From Lacunisphaera sp. (GTDB lineage Bacteria > Verrucomicrobiota > Verrucomicrobiia > Opitutales > Opitutaceae), in assembly GCA_041909435.1 (NCBI GenBank), contig JAYRDK010000013.1:55-64054 (forward strand): a DNA stretch of 64,000 nt. Direction: 5' to 3'. A program made the position numbers and the translations under genes. Each line of letters starts with the position of its first letter. Position 1 is the first letter of the stretch. Shown piece after piece: positions 63,764 to 64,000 of the stretch. A model generated the notes under the pieces. It ran no database searches. It saw only the letters and a program-made list of their open reading frames with translations, and was not told the origin of the DNA.

Positions 63764-63922
63764 GATTGGGGCGGGGGGCATGCGGAGAGACTCATGGGGC
63801 AGTTTCCGCGTTTACCGGTTCGAAGATTATTTTGCACCGAGGTTTCGCCTGCGTCGACCACAAGAAATCCACCGTGGGAAACCGGGCGCTGTATGAGGCT
63901 CCAAAGTAGTTTGGAATAATAA

Positions 63923-63936
63923 AAGTGTGGACACTT
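63923..63936. promoter_or_regulatory. Operator-like palindrome, copy 3 (AAGTGTGGACACTT)
   Basis: Upstream of the sulfatase-GH operon in AT-rich context. Confidence 0.55.
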
Positions 63937-64000
63937 ATTGATTTTGCCACCATTGCCCGATTCAGAGCGCTGCGGAAAGCGCGTCCCAGGCACAGTCACC

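Larger units (their letters stand above)
46597..64000. mobile_element. Putative genomic island starting at the tRNA-Thr 3' end and running off the window
   Basis: Abrupt drop in GC and change in codon style right after the tRNA; the REP families abundant on the left were not seen here; accessory catabolic genes; no integrase or att duplication visible. Confidence 0.65.

Overview
GC-rich bacterial chromosome segment, most consistent with an Opitutaceae (Verrucomicrobiota) genome; this is inferred from gene content and repeat style. 1-46,596 is core-like: adenylate cyclase, PduO-type adenosyltransferase, def, a divergent MotA/ExbB plus MotB/ExbD-like pair, a CaCA-type antiporter, DUF1080, DUF4450, a short asparaginase, a lower-GC cassette with hicBA, a degenerate sulfatase, an amidohydrolase, a hybrid histidine kinase, birA-gldA/F/G-DUF4340-AsmA, pyrG, kdsA, a stand-alone lipoyl protein, an IR-flanked GxxExxY cassette, an M14 peptidase, rsmE, tRNA-Leu(CAA), accA, two yceI, queA and tRNA-Thr(CGT). 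Almost every intergenic gap holds REP-like palindromes (GTAG, TGGAG and GTGG ends) or 7/9-nt periodic repeats. Four genes take their TAG stop from a GTAG-REP, and several repeats sit in-frame inside ORFs. From the tRNA-Thr 3' end to the window edge is a generally lower-GC island for glycan and sugar-acid use: 2 MFS, GntR, SDR, cyclase, Ldh2, FAD/Fe-S oxidoreductase, ECF sigma, GH29, two poorly classified glycosidases and a sulfatase. Three copies of one palindromic operator-like motif lie in its upstream regions. No CRISPR array, rRNA, integrase or transposase was seen. All family calls come from motif recognition by eye, without database searches.
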